64,000 nt of DNA, from the IMG/VR virus record IMGVR_UViG_3300032605_000010; one strand, written 5' to 3'. Position numbers and translations under genes: made by a program. Positions within the stretch are counted from its first letter, which is position 1; each line of letters begins with the position of its first letter. Under the pieces are notes generated by a model. The model searched no databases. It was not told the DNA's origin and was given only the letters and a program-made list of their open reading frames with translations. Positions 18,535 through 29,550 of this stretch are shown here, piece by piece. The DNA comes from a virus. Its lineage: Duplodnaviria > Heunggongvirae > Uroviricota > Caudoviricetes.

Positions 18535-19256
18535 AAAAACTATTAACATTATTCCTGTTATTACCTGTATTGGCTTTAGGAAATCCTATCGATGACAAAT
18601 GTCCAGAAAAGGTAATATGGGGAGCCCCTATTATAAAAGATGGAGATAATCAATATCTGTGTAGAAATGGATATGCTGTAAATTATTCATATAAAACAAA
18701 AACACCAATTTATGTTGTAGAACATATAACAAAAACTAATTTAATTGGGACAATAAAACGGCAAAATAATTTTCATGAAGATATAGAAATTCCTTATAAT
18801 TATAGATCAAAATTATCAGATTATTCTGGAACAGTTTATGATAGAGGTCACCTTGCCCCAGCAGCAGATTTTGAATATTCCAAAGATGCTATGGATGAAT
18901 CATTTTTAATGACAAATATGATGCCACAAAATAAAACACTAAATCGTGGAACATGGGCATATCTTGAAAGTTATGTTAGAGATTTAGCTCATTTAGGTGA
19001 TGTTTATGTAATAACAGGAACTATCTATAATAAAGGATATAAAACTATTGGGGAAGGTGTTGGAATTCCAGATAGCATTTATAAAGTCGTTATCCAGCCA
19101 AGTATAAATAAAATCGTAGTCTATAAATTTCCAAATACAGGTATTCATCTTAAAGATTTTAGAAAATATTTGGTTAGTGTTAAATCTATAGAAAAAACAA
19201 CTGGATTGAATATTTCGCCTTTGATACCAAAAAATCTTGTCGATTTGGAAAATTAA
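18531..19256 (+). CDS. secreted DNA/RNA non-specific endonuclease (Endonuclease_NS, beta-beta-alpha-Me)
   Basis: N-terminal signal peptide; DRGHLAPAAD active-site motif; 4-nt overlap with endolysin gene. Confidence 0.75.
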   Translation: MKKLLTLFLLLPVLALGNPIDDKCPEKVIWGAPIIKDGDNQYLCRNGYAVNYSYKTKTPIYVVEHITKTNLIGTIKRQNNFHEDIEIPYNYRSKLSDYSGTVYDRGHLAPAADFEYSKDAMDESFLMTNMMPQNKTLNRGTWAYLESYVRDLAHLGDVYVITGTIYNKGYKTIGEGVGIPDSIYKVVIQPSINKIVVYKFPNTGIHLKDFRKYLVSVKSIEKTTGLNISPLIPKNLVDLEN

Positions 19257-19314
19257 AATATATCAGGGACGGATATAAAAGCGAGGATTAAAAACCCTCG
19301 CTCCAAGGATGGAT

Positions 19315-20937
<1,623 letters not shown>

Positions 20938-20993
20938 TTAAAGTTTAACTAATGTTACAACTTACTTCCAAATCTCTTTTGACAATTTGGAGA

Positions 20994-21248
20994 TTAAATT
21001 ACTTCCAATTCTTCAGCTTCTAGAATTGCTACAATATCTTCTTCTAAAACAATAAAAAGTTCATTTTTTACTTTTTTTGCTTTAGACCAATCAAGAATTA
21101 CTGTTTGACCAAGTTTAACTTCTTCAACTTGTTTTCCAAGTCCCATAACTTTTGCATAGGTACTTTCTTCAGTATCAACACCCTGAATCAATCCAGAATA
21201 TTCTTGTTTTTGTTTTAAAATCAAAACATTTTTATTTAAAACTATCAT
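20994..21248 (-). CDS. groS: co-chaperonin GroES (Cpn10)-like
   Basis: 84 aa; immediately upstream of groEL in same orientation; IVLNKNVLILKQ...SGLI... and ...DIVAILEAEE pattern parallels GroES. Confidence 0.6.
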   Translation of the reverse strand: MIVLNKNVLILKQKQEYSGLIQGVDTEESTYAKVMGLGKQVEEVKLGQTVILDWSKAKKVKNELFIVLEEDIVAILEAEELEVI

Positions 21249-21332
21249 TTTATTTCCTTTCTTTAATTGAAAAACTTTATCTCTTTATAGACAATAAAAC
21301 CCTTTAGGCAACAAGCCTGTAACTATTTAGTG

Positions 21333-21920
21333 TTATTTTCCATATAAAATTTGTAGAACATCAAAACAAATATCATCGACTGGATGATGTTTGACAACTA
21401 CATTTTTATCCCATATTCCAGGGTATTTTTCTGGATCAATTTCAGCATAACCTCTAGCCCCAGTTTCTGTGTTAAAATCAACAAATGTTCTAACATCTCT
21501 ATAATTCCAAAATGGAAATAATCTTTCAATTCTCATAGCATTAAATAAAGAATCTATTGCTACTTGATCAATTGAACCTCGAACCCATACAATATCTTTG
21601 TCAGGTTTTTTTGATTGCTCTGTTTTATATTTCTTAAGAATAATTGCAGCTTCAAGAGCAGTTAGATCAGATTTTTTTGGAGTAAAAGAAGCGTCTCTTG
21701 CAATATCAGATTGTATTTTCCACCACTCTAATGTATCTTTATTTAAAGTTCTTTTGTAATTATCAATCTGATCTTTAGCAGATAATTTTACAAATATTGA
21801 ATCTCTATATAAAGATTCCCATGTGTGATCGTCTCGAGTTTCGTCAAAATACACAAGAGCAACAGAAAGAATGACAGTTGTACTTTCAACCGATAAACTT
21901 TCAATATCCAGACAGAACAT
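21333..21920 (-). CDS. dexA: DEDD-type 3'-5' exonuclease, T4 DexA-like
   Basis: N-terminal LDIES (DxE) motif, EWWKIQS block resembling T4 DexA. Confidence 0.5.
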   Translation of the reverse strand: MFCLDIESLSVESTTVILSVALVYFDETRDDHTWESLYRDSIFVKLSAKDQIDNYKRTLNKDTLEWWKIQSDIARDASFTPKKSDLTALEAAIILKKYKTEQSKKPDKDIVWVRGSIDQVAIDSLFNAMRIERLFPFWNYRDVRTFVDFNTETGARGYAEIDPEKYPGIWDKNVVVKHHPVDDICFDVLQILYGK

Positions 21921-21922
21921 AA

Positions 21923-22126
21923 TTAATTCCTTGTTGCTATTTGGTGTTGAAGCACTAAATTTGATTTAAAATTCTTTTCGCTTTCTTCAATTAATAACAT
22001 TATTAATGTATCAGACACTTTCAATAAATCATCTTTATCTAATTCTGTCTGATTCTTCTTAGTTTTTAATTGAAGATATTTTAAATATAATGATTTTACA
22101 TTTCTATTAAGATAATTTTTTTTCAC
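21923..22126 (-). CDS. hypothetical protein
   Basis: 67-aa ORF, coupled to neighbours. Confidence 0.35.
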   Translation of the reverse strand: MKKNYLNRNVKSLYLKYLQLKTKKNQTELDKDDLLKVSDTLIMLLIEESEKNFKSNLVLQHQIATRN

Positions 22127-23427
22127 AATAATTCCTCTAATGTGTTTGCAATATCTTTATCAAATCTGACACAAGAAAAAATTGGCAAAAATAAAGATTT
22201 TTTGTCAGAATTTTTATTTCCGATAATTTCGTTATATTTCACCTCAATAATTTTACCAACATAAGATTCTGGATCATCTCTTTCACCATTTAAGTGTTTA
22301 AATCCAGAACCAACTTTTACTTGTAGTAAACCATCAGAAGTTTCACAAATTAGACAACCTAACATACTTTCAAATTGAGAACCAACTGTTCCCATATCAT
22401 AACCAATTACTCTTAAATCAGCAGTTGATTCATTTTTTAATTTTAAATAATCGTTGCTGCGTTTAGAAGACCAAGTTGCATTAGGGTTTTTAAGAATACA
22501 TCCTTCTAGACCTTTAGCAAGATTTTCATTATATTGTTCAAATGCTTTATCTTTCGAATAAACAATTTTTGACTCAACGATTTTAATTCTATTAGTATTT
22601 TCTCCAACAACCTGTTGTAATTGAAAAAATCTATCAGAATATTTAATTGGACATTCTCCTTTAAGAAAGTCCTCATAAGGAATAATATCCCAAGCAACTA
22701 AATTCAATAATTCTGACTCTTCTTTAGAAATTGTTCCTTTAATAGCTTTATTAATTATACCAGAAGATGTTTTTCTATCAAGATCTTTTCCATCTTTTGA
22801 ACACATTAATTCACCATCAAGAATGAAATGTTCTTGATTATCTACTGTAATATCTTCAAATGGTGTAATATCAATAGTTGAACCATTTCTAGTTGTAACA
22901 GAAATTACGTTACCTTGATCGAATTCAAAATTGATTCGACTTGAATCCTGTTTAGTTTGAATTATTTGACCAATAGACCAAACAACTTTCTTTTCAGTTT
23001 TCTCATTAAATTTATTACAAAGAAGAACAGGATAGTCTGGGATAAGTTTTGGCCAAACTTTATTGGCTAAAGATGCTCCTGTACCACATTTTAAATCGCG
23101 TTCAAGAACTCTATATAAAACTTCTCTATCATCTGTCTCAAGTAATGTCAATAATCCGCCAATATATTCTATAGCTTTATTGCCAGTAAATTTTCTAGAT
23201 GCTATATTAGTTACTAACAAATCTAAAGCTAACGATAACTCAATTCTTTTTCCAGTTTCAAACGTCAAAGTTGGACGTTTTTTAATCCAGAATCGAATCT
23301 GAGTCGAATACGCTAAACGAAATACATCTTTTAGGGTTTCATTATCAAAATTCAGTTTGAGGAATTCAAGTTTTTGATTTGTAGAACCAGTTGTTGCCAA
23401 ACGGTCTAATTTTTGCAATATACTCAT
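22123..23427 (-). CDS. ATP-dependent DNA ligase, T4 gp30-like
   Basis: N-terminus MSILQKLDRLATTGSTNQKLEFL...VFRLAYSTQIRFWIKKRP parallels T4 ligase; motif III FILDGELM, IV EGCILKN, V DYLKLK; motif I reads TKQDSSR (no Gly). Confidence 0.8.
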   Translation of the reverse strand: MSILQKLDRLATTGSTNQKLEFLKLNFDNETLKDVFRLAYSTQIRFWIKKRPTLTFETGKRIELSLALDLLVTNIASRKFTGNKAIEYIGGLLTLLETDDREVLYRVLERDLKCGTGASLANKVWPKLIPDYPVLLCNKFNEKTEKKVVWSIGQIIQTKQDSSRINFEFDQGNVISVTTRNGSTIDITPFEDITVDNQEHFILDGELMCSKDGKDLDRKTSSGIINKAIKGTISKEESELLNLVAWDIIPYEDFLKGECPIKYSDRFFQLQQVVGENTNRIKIVESKIVYSKDKAFEQYNENLAKGLEGCILKNPNATWSSKRSNDYLKLKNESTADLRVIGYDMGTVGSQFESMLGCLICETSDGLLQVKVGSGFKHLNGERDDPESYVGKIIEVKYNEIIGNKNSDKKSLFLPIFSCVRFDKDIANTLEELL

Positions 23428-23615
23428 GCTACACCCTTATCAGGTGGATATCCAACTGGATTGTTTGCATCTTCATCGGCAAGAAAAAGAATATAATCTT
23501 CTTCTTCTATAAGAGTGACAATTTCAAAACGATTAAATCCACATTGAATATAAATTGGTTTGTTCATTGACGAAGGTAATTCCTTGATCAATTGTTTGAG
23601 AGTTGGTGATGTCAT
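23424..23615 (-). CDS. hypothetical protein
   Basis: ORF coupled to ligase gene. Confidence 0.4.
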   Translation of the reverse strand: MTSPTLKQLIKELPSSMNKPIYIQCGFNRFEIVTLIEEEDYILFLADEDANNPVGYPPDKGVA

Positions 23616-23806
23616 AATTTTTTAAATGTTCTTCCACGTGTTGAAAAATTCATAGGTTTTTTAAATATAATCTCTTCAGTTTCGCCATTTTTAATATAAC
23701 CAAAACATTTATATTTGTCATCTGACAATAAGTATGTGTGTAATATTCCAGAAGAAAACGATTTTGTAGTTTCTTGCATTTTTAACATAATATATCCCAA
23801 ATTCAA
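23612..23806 (-). CDS. hypothetical protein
   Basis: ORF with consensus promoter immediately upstream. Confidence 0.4.
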   Translation of the reverse strand: MNLGYIMLKMQETTKSFSSGILHTYLLSDDKYKCFGYIKNGETEEIIFKKPMNFSTRGRTFKKL

Positions 23807-23817
23807 AGTATAATATA

Positions 23818-23852
23818 TTGTACTAAATTAGACGAAATATATCAAGCACTTT
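23818..23852 (-). promoter_or_regulatory. sigma70-type early promoter TTGATA-N17-TACAAT with AAGTGC upstream box
   Basis: Read on minus strand: GTGCTTGATATATTTCGTCTAATTTAGTACAAT. Confidence 0.6.
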
Positions 23853-24033
23853 TTTTCCAATCAACAGAAACAATTAAAGATTTTTTATTATCATATTGAA
23901 CAACTGCTATTGTTTTATTATCTTCAGATAAATATGTTGTGACATCATTAATAGAAAAATGTTTTCCTTTCCAATTTAATGCAGTTAGTTCTTCGTATAA
24001 ATCCCATGTATTATATTTTTCAGAAACAAACAT
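23842..24033 (-). CDS. hypothetical protein
   Basis: 63-aa ORF. Confidence 0.4.
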   Translation of the reverse strand: MFVSEKYNTWDLYEELTALNWKGKHFSINDVTTYLSEDNKTIAVVQYDNKKSLIVSVDWKKSA

Positions 24034-24042
24034 ATTATTCTC

Positions 24043-24252
24043 CTATAAATCTTGGTCAAACCATTTTGTAAATTGGATTGTAGTTTCTTCTTGATGTCCA
24101 TCTTCTGTAATCATTTCTGGAATATAAACTGAAATGCCAACAATATCAGGACCAAATTCTAATAACTCAACATTTACATCAAATTCTGCATTATATTTTT
24201 TTAATAAATTACTGAAATCTTTTCTAAAGTTTTCTTCTGTTGTCATAGGCAT
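24043..24252 (-). CDS. hypothetical acidic protein
   Basis: 69-aa ORF. Confidence 0.4.
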   Translation of the reverse strand: MPMTTEENFRKDFSNLLKKYNAEFDVNVELLEFGPDIVGISVYIPEMITEDGHQEETTIQFTKWFDQDL

Positions 24253-24258
24253 TAATCC

Positions 24259-24576
24259 TTAAATTAAGATAGATGCATCTTCCATGTAGTATTCTCTTTC
24301 TTTCCCTTCTGGAAGATCATCAAGGTAAAGGCTGGAAAATTTATTTCCTGACGTTATTTCTTTGTAATTATCCTGAAGAAATTTACTTACAAATCCTGGA
24401 TAATCAAGCAGAACAGATTTGTCTGTTTTATAATAGTATTCAACACACCGTTCTATTCTTGCTGATTCCGTTTCTATAGAATCTGTATTTCTTTCTTTCT
24501 TTTGGTTTGTAAGAGAAGCTATAGCAAGAATTTTAAATGCTGCTTCCATGCCTTCTTGAATTGATTTTGTTTTCAT
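24259..24576 (-). CDS. hypothetical protein
   Basis: 105-aa ORF downstream of promoter 24614-24648. Confidence 0.45.
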   Translation of the reverse strand: MKTKSIQEGMEAAFKILAIASLTNQKKERNTDSIETESARIERCVEYYYKTDKSVLLDYPGFVSKFLQDNYKEITSGNKFSSLYLDDLPEGKEREYYMEDASILI

Positions 24577-24613
24577 GATAATTCCATATTATATAGTTAA
24601 AGAGTATAATATG

Positions 24614-24648
24614 ATTATACTCTTGTTTAAATTAAAAATCAAGCACTG
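24614..24648 (-). promoter_or_regulatory. early promoter TTGATT-N17-TATAAT
   Basis: Minus strand AGTGCTTGATTTTTAATTTAAACAAGAGTATAAT. Confidence 0.6.
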
Positions 24649-24654
24649 ATAAGC

Positions 24655-25623
24655 TTATGCAGCCATATCAAGTAATGTTTTCTGAGTTTGTAATTTAATT
24701 TTCTCAGCAGTACCGTAGAAAGAATGCCAAAATTTTGCACTTTCAGTTTTCGATTTTATATTATTACTAAAATAATCTGTCACACCTTGAAGAGTGTTGT
24801 ATAGAGTTCCTTGACCGAAATTTGAACCATTACCATATTTGTAAAGTTGCATAATATCATTAACTTTTTTAACTGTAGTTCCATGTTGATCTTCTGCAGA
24901 AACATCTTTGTTGTAAAATATTTCATTATAAATCTTACGAACATCAGAATCGGAAACAGTTACTGAAGCCAATTTACGCATATTCTCCATAAATTTTTCT
25001 TGAGATTCTTCAATTAAACCCAAATTTAATTTTGCACGATTTACATTAAATTCAGTAGAATGTGGAACCTTGACCATATTAGCTGATTTCTCGTCAATAG
25101 CCATAGTTAAGGTATTTGAACAAACTGTTCTAACAGAAGTTGTTTTAGCAGTTGTAGCCATCGAACCATCTAATGAAGTTGCCAATAAAAGATATCCAGT
25201 GATTTTATCTCCTTTAATTATTTCAATATCGTTTAGTTTGGCTGTAGCGAAGAATCGTTTACCGCCAAATAAAGAACCACATGATGACATCTCCATACCA
25301 TTTTTATCTAAAAGATCAGCAAAAAAGTCCACAACTTCGCTTGGTTGAACGATTTTATAAGAATCGCTCACTACTGATAAAGGTGCGTTATTATCGCTGC
25401 GAAACAGTGCCATTTTATCAGGAAAGACTGTTGGAATATCATCGCGGTTGTTGAATAAAATAGGACTAGATACAGCTTCCCATTCTAAACCTGCTTCGCG
25501 TTTCCATTCAGTTAGGGGTGCATGTAAAGGAAGGACATTACCTTCTCCATGCCAAACACTTCCATGTTCAGCAACATAAGCATAATTCACACGGTCGTTA
25601 GAGTAGTCAAGATTTGCAGCCAT
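24655..25623 (-). CDS. DUF932/DUF945-like phage/plasmid-related protein
   Basis: N-terminal GSVWHGEGNVLPLHAPLTEWKREAGLEWEAV pattern (pWHGlG ... AGLdWeV) typical of that family. Confidence 0.45.
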   Translation of the reverse strand: MAANLDYSNDRVNYAYVAEHGSVWHGEGNVLPLHAPLTEWKREAGLEWEAVSSPILFNNRDDIPTVFPDKMALFRSDNNAPLSVVSDSYKIVQPSEVVDFFADLLDKNGMEMSSCGSLFGGKRFFATAKLNDIEIIKGDKITGYLLLATSLDGSMATTAKTTSVRTVCSNTLTMAIDEKSANMVKVPHSTEFNVNRAKLNLGLIEESQEKFMENMRKLASVTVSDSDVRKIYNEIFYNKDVSAEDQHGTTVKKVNDIMQLYKYGNGSNFGQGTLYNTLQGVTDYFSNNIKSKTESAKFWHSFYGTAEKIKLQTQKTLLDMAA

Positions 25624-25660
25624 AATATATTCTCCTTAAGAGGTTTTAAATTAATTTCAA

Positions 25661-25696
25661 AGTATGACTTATTATACTAAATCTGATGGAAAGTGT
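25661..25696 (-). promoter_or_regulatory. early promoter TTGACA-N17-TATAAT (perfect consensus)
   Basis: Minus strand AAGTGCTTGACACTTTCCATCAGATTTAGTATAAT. Confidence 0.65.
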
Positions 25697-25704
25697 CAAG
25701 CACT

Positions 25705-26514
25705 TTACTTATTAAATATTTGAATTAAATTTATTCCTGAAATGACATAATCATAATTGCCAGAACCTTGTGTTGCAAGACCCACACCAGCAAACAATTC
25801 TAAATGTCTATTAAACATAACTGTTCCTTGTATGACCGTTCCAGAAACATTAGATCTTCCATCATAGAAATCTAAATTCAATTTTAATCGTTTCGGCCAA
25901 AGGATTGCTTCCATACCATACATCATACCCCAATATGAAGTCGTTGTTGTCAATGCTTGATTGGCATAATATGTTCCCATATGATATGCTAATCTATCTT
26001 TAATAAATTCATAATCATTATCAATAAAATAAAATTCGTGTAATGTAGAGGCATTAATTTTATTTGGATCCAAACTTTTTGACATTGGAAAAACTAATCC
26101 AGTTTGGGTTCCAAATGTTGTGGAAGAATTATTAAGAACTTCAGAAAAATAATTACAAGCAGAACCGCAATCTAAATTATCAAAAACATAATTATGTTTA
26201 AAAGTTTTATTGATGTTTATATAAGTATCATTTTCAAAATTTTGAGCTTGTTGGAGGTTTCCTGAATATTCATTTATATTCTGAGAAATTATTCCAAAAT
26301 CCCATCCATGTGTTGAATAGTTTATAGATGGGTTGCCATATTGAGTTTGGTTATATTGATAAGAATCTTGTTCATAATTTATGACTAATCTATTTTTATC
26401 TTCGTCATTGTCTTCAATAGATAAAGTATTTGTAACAGGTCTAGATATTTTATGTCCGCCTTCAGCAAAAACTGTATTTGATAACAATAATAATATTAAA
26501 ATTAGATATTTCAT
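25705..26514 (-). CDS. secreted protein with signal peptide, predicted beta-rich (possible outer-membrane barrel)
   Basis: MKYLILILLLLSNTVFA signal; aromatic/Gly-rich alternating segments; coupled (ATGA) to upstream lipase gene. Confidence 0.45.
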   Translation of the reverse strand: MKYLILILLLLSNTVFAEGGHKISRPVTNTLSIEDNDEDKNRLVINYEQDSYQYNQTQYGNPSINYSTHGWDFGIISQNINEYSGNLQQAQNFENDTYININKTFKHNYVFDNLDCGSACNYFSEVLNNSSTTFGTQTGLVFPMSKSLDPNKINASTLHEFYFIDNDYEFIKDRLAYHMGTYYANQALTTTTSYWGMMYGMEAILWPKRLKLNLDFYDGRSNVSGTVIQGTVMFNRHLELFAGVGLATQGSGNYDYVISGINLIQIFNK

Positions 26515-27251
26515 AATTTTTCTAAATTTCTTATATATCTTGTCATGTCATGATTAACAAAAAAATTTACTTCCCCTTTAGACAATCCAACAAAAAACCC
26601 TTTAATTCTGTCTTTGGCTATTTGTAGAGCTGTCATATTTGCAATATTTCCATCATGATCAAAATACATTAAAATTCCATGATGCCAATATGGGTATACT
26701 GGATTCCTTGTTATAATATCAGCATTATTAACCCATCTTACATGTAAAATGTTTAAAGAATTTAATGATTGAACATATTCTTTGTCTCCAACTTTCGGAC
26801 TGCCGAATGTGTACAATAAAGGTTTTGGTAATTCTTTAAATCTGTGACATCGAATTGCTATGATTGTTGCCATAGCAGCACCTAAACTGTGACCAGTTAA
26901 CCAAACACGTCTACTAGGCGCATATTTTAAAAATAAATCTCCAAGATCTCCCCAGATATTGTTTACCTTTTCTTTAAATCCAGCATGAACGTGTCCAATA
27001 CCATAATTACTTGGTACCAATGCAAATTTAATATCAGAAATTATATCTGCAAGTTTTGTTGGTCTAGTTCCTCTACAAACGACAATTACATCAGTATCAT
27101 TATACAAAAAATATGCTTGACTGTTATTTTTGTTTATGCAAATACTTTTATAGCCAAATTTTTCAAAAGATTGATTGTCATTATATGCAAGATTTGAAAG
27201 TTTAGCAAATAATAATGATATTGATGCAGTCGATTTATGTTCTAACATCAT
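26511..27251 (-). CDS. class 3 lipase (alpha/beta hydrolase, Lipase_3 family)
   Basis: VIVVCRGTRPT ... GHSLGAAMATI nucleophile-elbow GHSLG and Lipase_3 block order. Confidence 0.7.
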   Translation of the reverse strand: MMLEHKSTASISLLFAKLSNLAYNDNQSFEKFGYKSICINKNNSQAYFLYNDTDVIVVCRGTRPTKLADIISDIKFALVPSNYGIGHVHAGFKEKVNNIWGDLGDLFLKYAPSRRVWLTGHSLGAAMATIIAIRCHRFKELPKPLLYTFGSPKVGDKEYVQSLNSLNILHVRWVNNADIITRNPVYPYWHHGILMYFDHDGNIANMTALQIAKDRIKGFFVGLSKGEVNFFVNHDMTRYIRNLEKL

Positions 27252-27382
27252 TTAATACCATGAGTATCTTTCCCTTTAAGAGATTTTCTTAAAGTTTTAA
27301 ACCAAAGTTTTTTCTCTTTCACTGTATCGTGTTCTATACACGCTTTGTACATATTTTTAATAATTTTTTTAAGTTTCATTTA

Positions 27383-28003
27383 TCAATCCCAATGGTGCTG
27401 AAAATATTTTCCAAAAAGTCTAAACCCATTATCAATACGTTTTTGATATTCTTTCATACCATCATAATCGCATTTATATGTATCTTTTGGACCTCGTATA
27501 ATTTGACTTAAACCATTTTCACCTTTTATTATATCTAAGTCATGTTCACCAGTTCTAAACTGGTCTTCCCAATCAGTAATTAAAGATTGAAAAGCAAATA
27601 TTTCTTCATCAAGAACCCATTCCCATCGTTTATGGAAATTTTCGTCAGTATCCCATTCACATTCGACTCTTGGAGCGTTCATTGATTTTAAATGGTAAGG
27701 AACATCTTCATCATCAACAAAAGGGGATCCTTGTTTACCCTCTTTCAATTGTTTTAACATCGGTAGGATAATAGGAGCTAACGTCGTGTCCATAGACCAA
27801 ACATCCCAAGGATCAATTTTTATATAATTAATTCTTGGGTGAATAAAATCTAGAAAATTCTGATTCCATTCACAAATAGTTTGTAACCATTTTGGTGGAT
27901 CTTTGTCGTATATATCATAACCCTTTCTCCAGAAGAAAAACTTCTCTAAAATAACATAGGGCGACAGCCAATGATTTCTAAAATTTGAAGTATATATTTT
28001 CAT
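27383..28003 (-). CDS. hypothetical Trp-rich protein
   Basis: 206-aa ORF coupled to GT gene. Confidence 0.45.
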   Translation of the reverse strand: MKIYTSNFRNHWLSPYVILEKFFFWRKGYDIYDKDPPKWLQTICEWNQNFLDFIHPRINYIKIDPWDVWSMDTTLAPIILPMLKQLKEGKQGSPFVDDEDVPYHLKSMNAPRVECEWDTDENFHKRWEWVLDEEIFAFQSLITDWEDQFRTGEHDLDIIKGENGLSQIIRGPKDTYKCDYDGMKEYQKRIDNGFRLFGKYFQHHWD

Positions 28004-28881
28004 TTTTTAATTAAGTTCTCTTTAAAGATTTTCCAACAATTTTCCCATGTCCATCTACTGCTATTTTCGTAAACTTTATTTCTATCTAAATATAAACAAG
28101 CTTGTACAGCATCTTCAAGATTTTCATTCATAAAACCTGTAACACCTTGTTCTAAAATATCAATCGGTCCTGGAACAGGATAAGCAGCAACGGGTGTTCC
28201 TACACTTAGACTTTCGATGATAACGATACCAAATGTATCAGTCTTGCTCGTAAATACAAAAACATCAGCTTCGTTAAAATATGATGCTAATTCTGATCCA
28301 GTTTTCTTTCCGACAAATGTAATATCTGGATATTTCTTTTTCAATTCATTAAGATAAGGACCATCACCTACAATTATCTTATCAACACGATAATCGTTTA
28401 ACTGTAGTTCGCAAAAATCGTCAAGCCCTTTTTCTTTACTTACTCTACCAACGCTTAATAGTGTGATTGGTTTTCTAAATGTTCTATCAGTTCTTTTAAA
28501 AATAGTTCTATCAACCCCTCGTGTCCATGGGATTATATCACCATCAAAACCGTGCGATTTTAGATCATCAACCATTGTTTGTGTGGTTGTAAGAACCTTT
28601 CCGGAATGTTTATGGAACCACCTAACATATGAATATGTAATTGATTCTGGAATATTATATAACTCTTTAAGAAACTCTGGGAATTTTGTATGGTATGCGG
28701 TCGATTTGTTTAACTTATCAAGTGATGAATAAGCATCTTCTATATCAAGAAATGAAACGTGGTTTTGGTGATAATTTGATTCGTGATAATACCACCAAAT
28801 CCCCCATGATTTTGTTTGAGGATAATACCAAATTATCCCATTTTCATCCATTTTTGAAATTATTCTATGCTGTGCCATCAC
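28000..28881 (-). CDS. glycosyltransferase, GT4/GT1-family C-terminal domain
   Basis: SKEKGLD...IVGDGP...FVGKK...ADVFVFTSKTDTFGIVIIESLSVGTPVAAYPVPGPIDILEQGVTGF matches GT-B retaining GT motif. Confidence 0.65.
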   Translation of the reverse strand: MMAQHRIISKMDENGIIWYYPQTKSWGIWWYYHESNYHQNHVSFLDIEDAYSSLDKLNKSTAYHTKFPEFLKELYNIPESITYSYVRWFHKHSGKVLTTTQTMVDDLKSHGFDGDIIPWTRGVDRTIFKRTDRTFRKPITLLSVGRVSKEKGLDDFCELQLNDYRVDKIIVGDGPYLNELKKKYPDITFVGKKTGSELASYFNEADVFVFTSKTDTFGIVIIESLSVGTPVAAYPVPGPIDILEQGVTGFMNENLEDAVQACLYLDRNKVYENSSRWTWENCWKIFKENLIKK

Positions 28882-29305
28882 TATTCACCTTTGTTACAAA
28901 AATATCAAGTTTTTTATCATCAGACCAATTTTTACAATAATTATTATCTTTATCACAAATATTTAATAATTCTTCTTTTGATACTACTCTATGCGATACA
29001 ATAGTTTCACCTAAATCTTTTTGAGAAAACTCTGAAGCTTCTTCCATAACTACAGTATCTAATGCCAATTCAGATTTACCTTTAGGAACTTCTACCATAT
29101 ATCTCATTCTATATTGTTGTATACATTCTACTAATACGAATTCAGTTTCTTCTTTTTCAACTCTTTTCAATGTAAAACTTCCATCACTATTATCGATAAA
29201 CTCTACAATATTATTTTCTGATAATTCAGCTTTAATTAAAATATCTTCTGGTAAATCGATATATAAATCACCGTTTATATCTTCTTTAATTGTTGTAATT
29301 GTCAT
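28865..29305 (-). CDS. hypothetical acidic protein
   Basis: 146-aa ORF. Confidence 0.4.
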   Translation of the reverse strand: MTITTIKEDINGDLYIDLPEDILIKAELSENNIVEFIDNSDGSFTLKRVEKEETEFVLVECIQQYRMRYMVEVPKGKSELALDTVVMEEASEFSQKDLGETIVSHRVVSKEELLNICDKDNNYCKNWSDDKKLDIFVTKVNSDGTA

Positions 29306-29550
29306 AATGTATTTCCATGTATATCAGTTTTTCTACCGCCAGTTTGAATAGATCCACCACTATAAGATGATTCTCTAGGAGTAAATTGAGGTGGTGAGTT
29401 ATTAGACGAAACTTCATATGTCCATTCTACAACAGCATTATCTTTAGTAACAGTTATTTCAGCATTATCAGGAAGAATTACTTTCTCCTTAACATAATTT
29501 CTTATTGCACATTGTACATCTTCTCGTGTTAATATCAATTTCATAATCAA
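29302..29550 (-). CDS. hypothetical protein
   Basis: 82-aa ORF. Confidence 0.4.
   Translation of the reverse strand: MIMKLILTREDVQCAIRNYVKEKVILPDNAEITVTKDNAVVEWTYEVSSNNSPPQFTPRESSYSGGSIQTGGRKTDIHGNTL

Noticed and set aside
21249-21332. Sigma32 heat-shock promoter upstream of groES
   Set aside because: No CTTGAAA / CCCCATNT elements; only a weak TTGCCT-N16-TATAAA sigma70-like match
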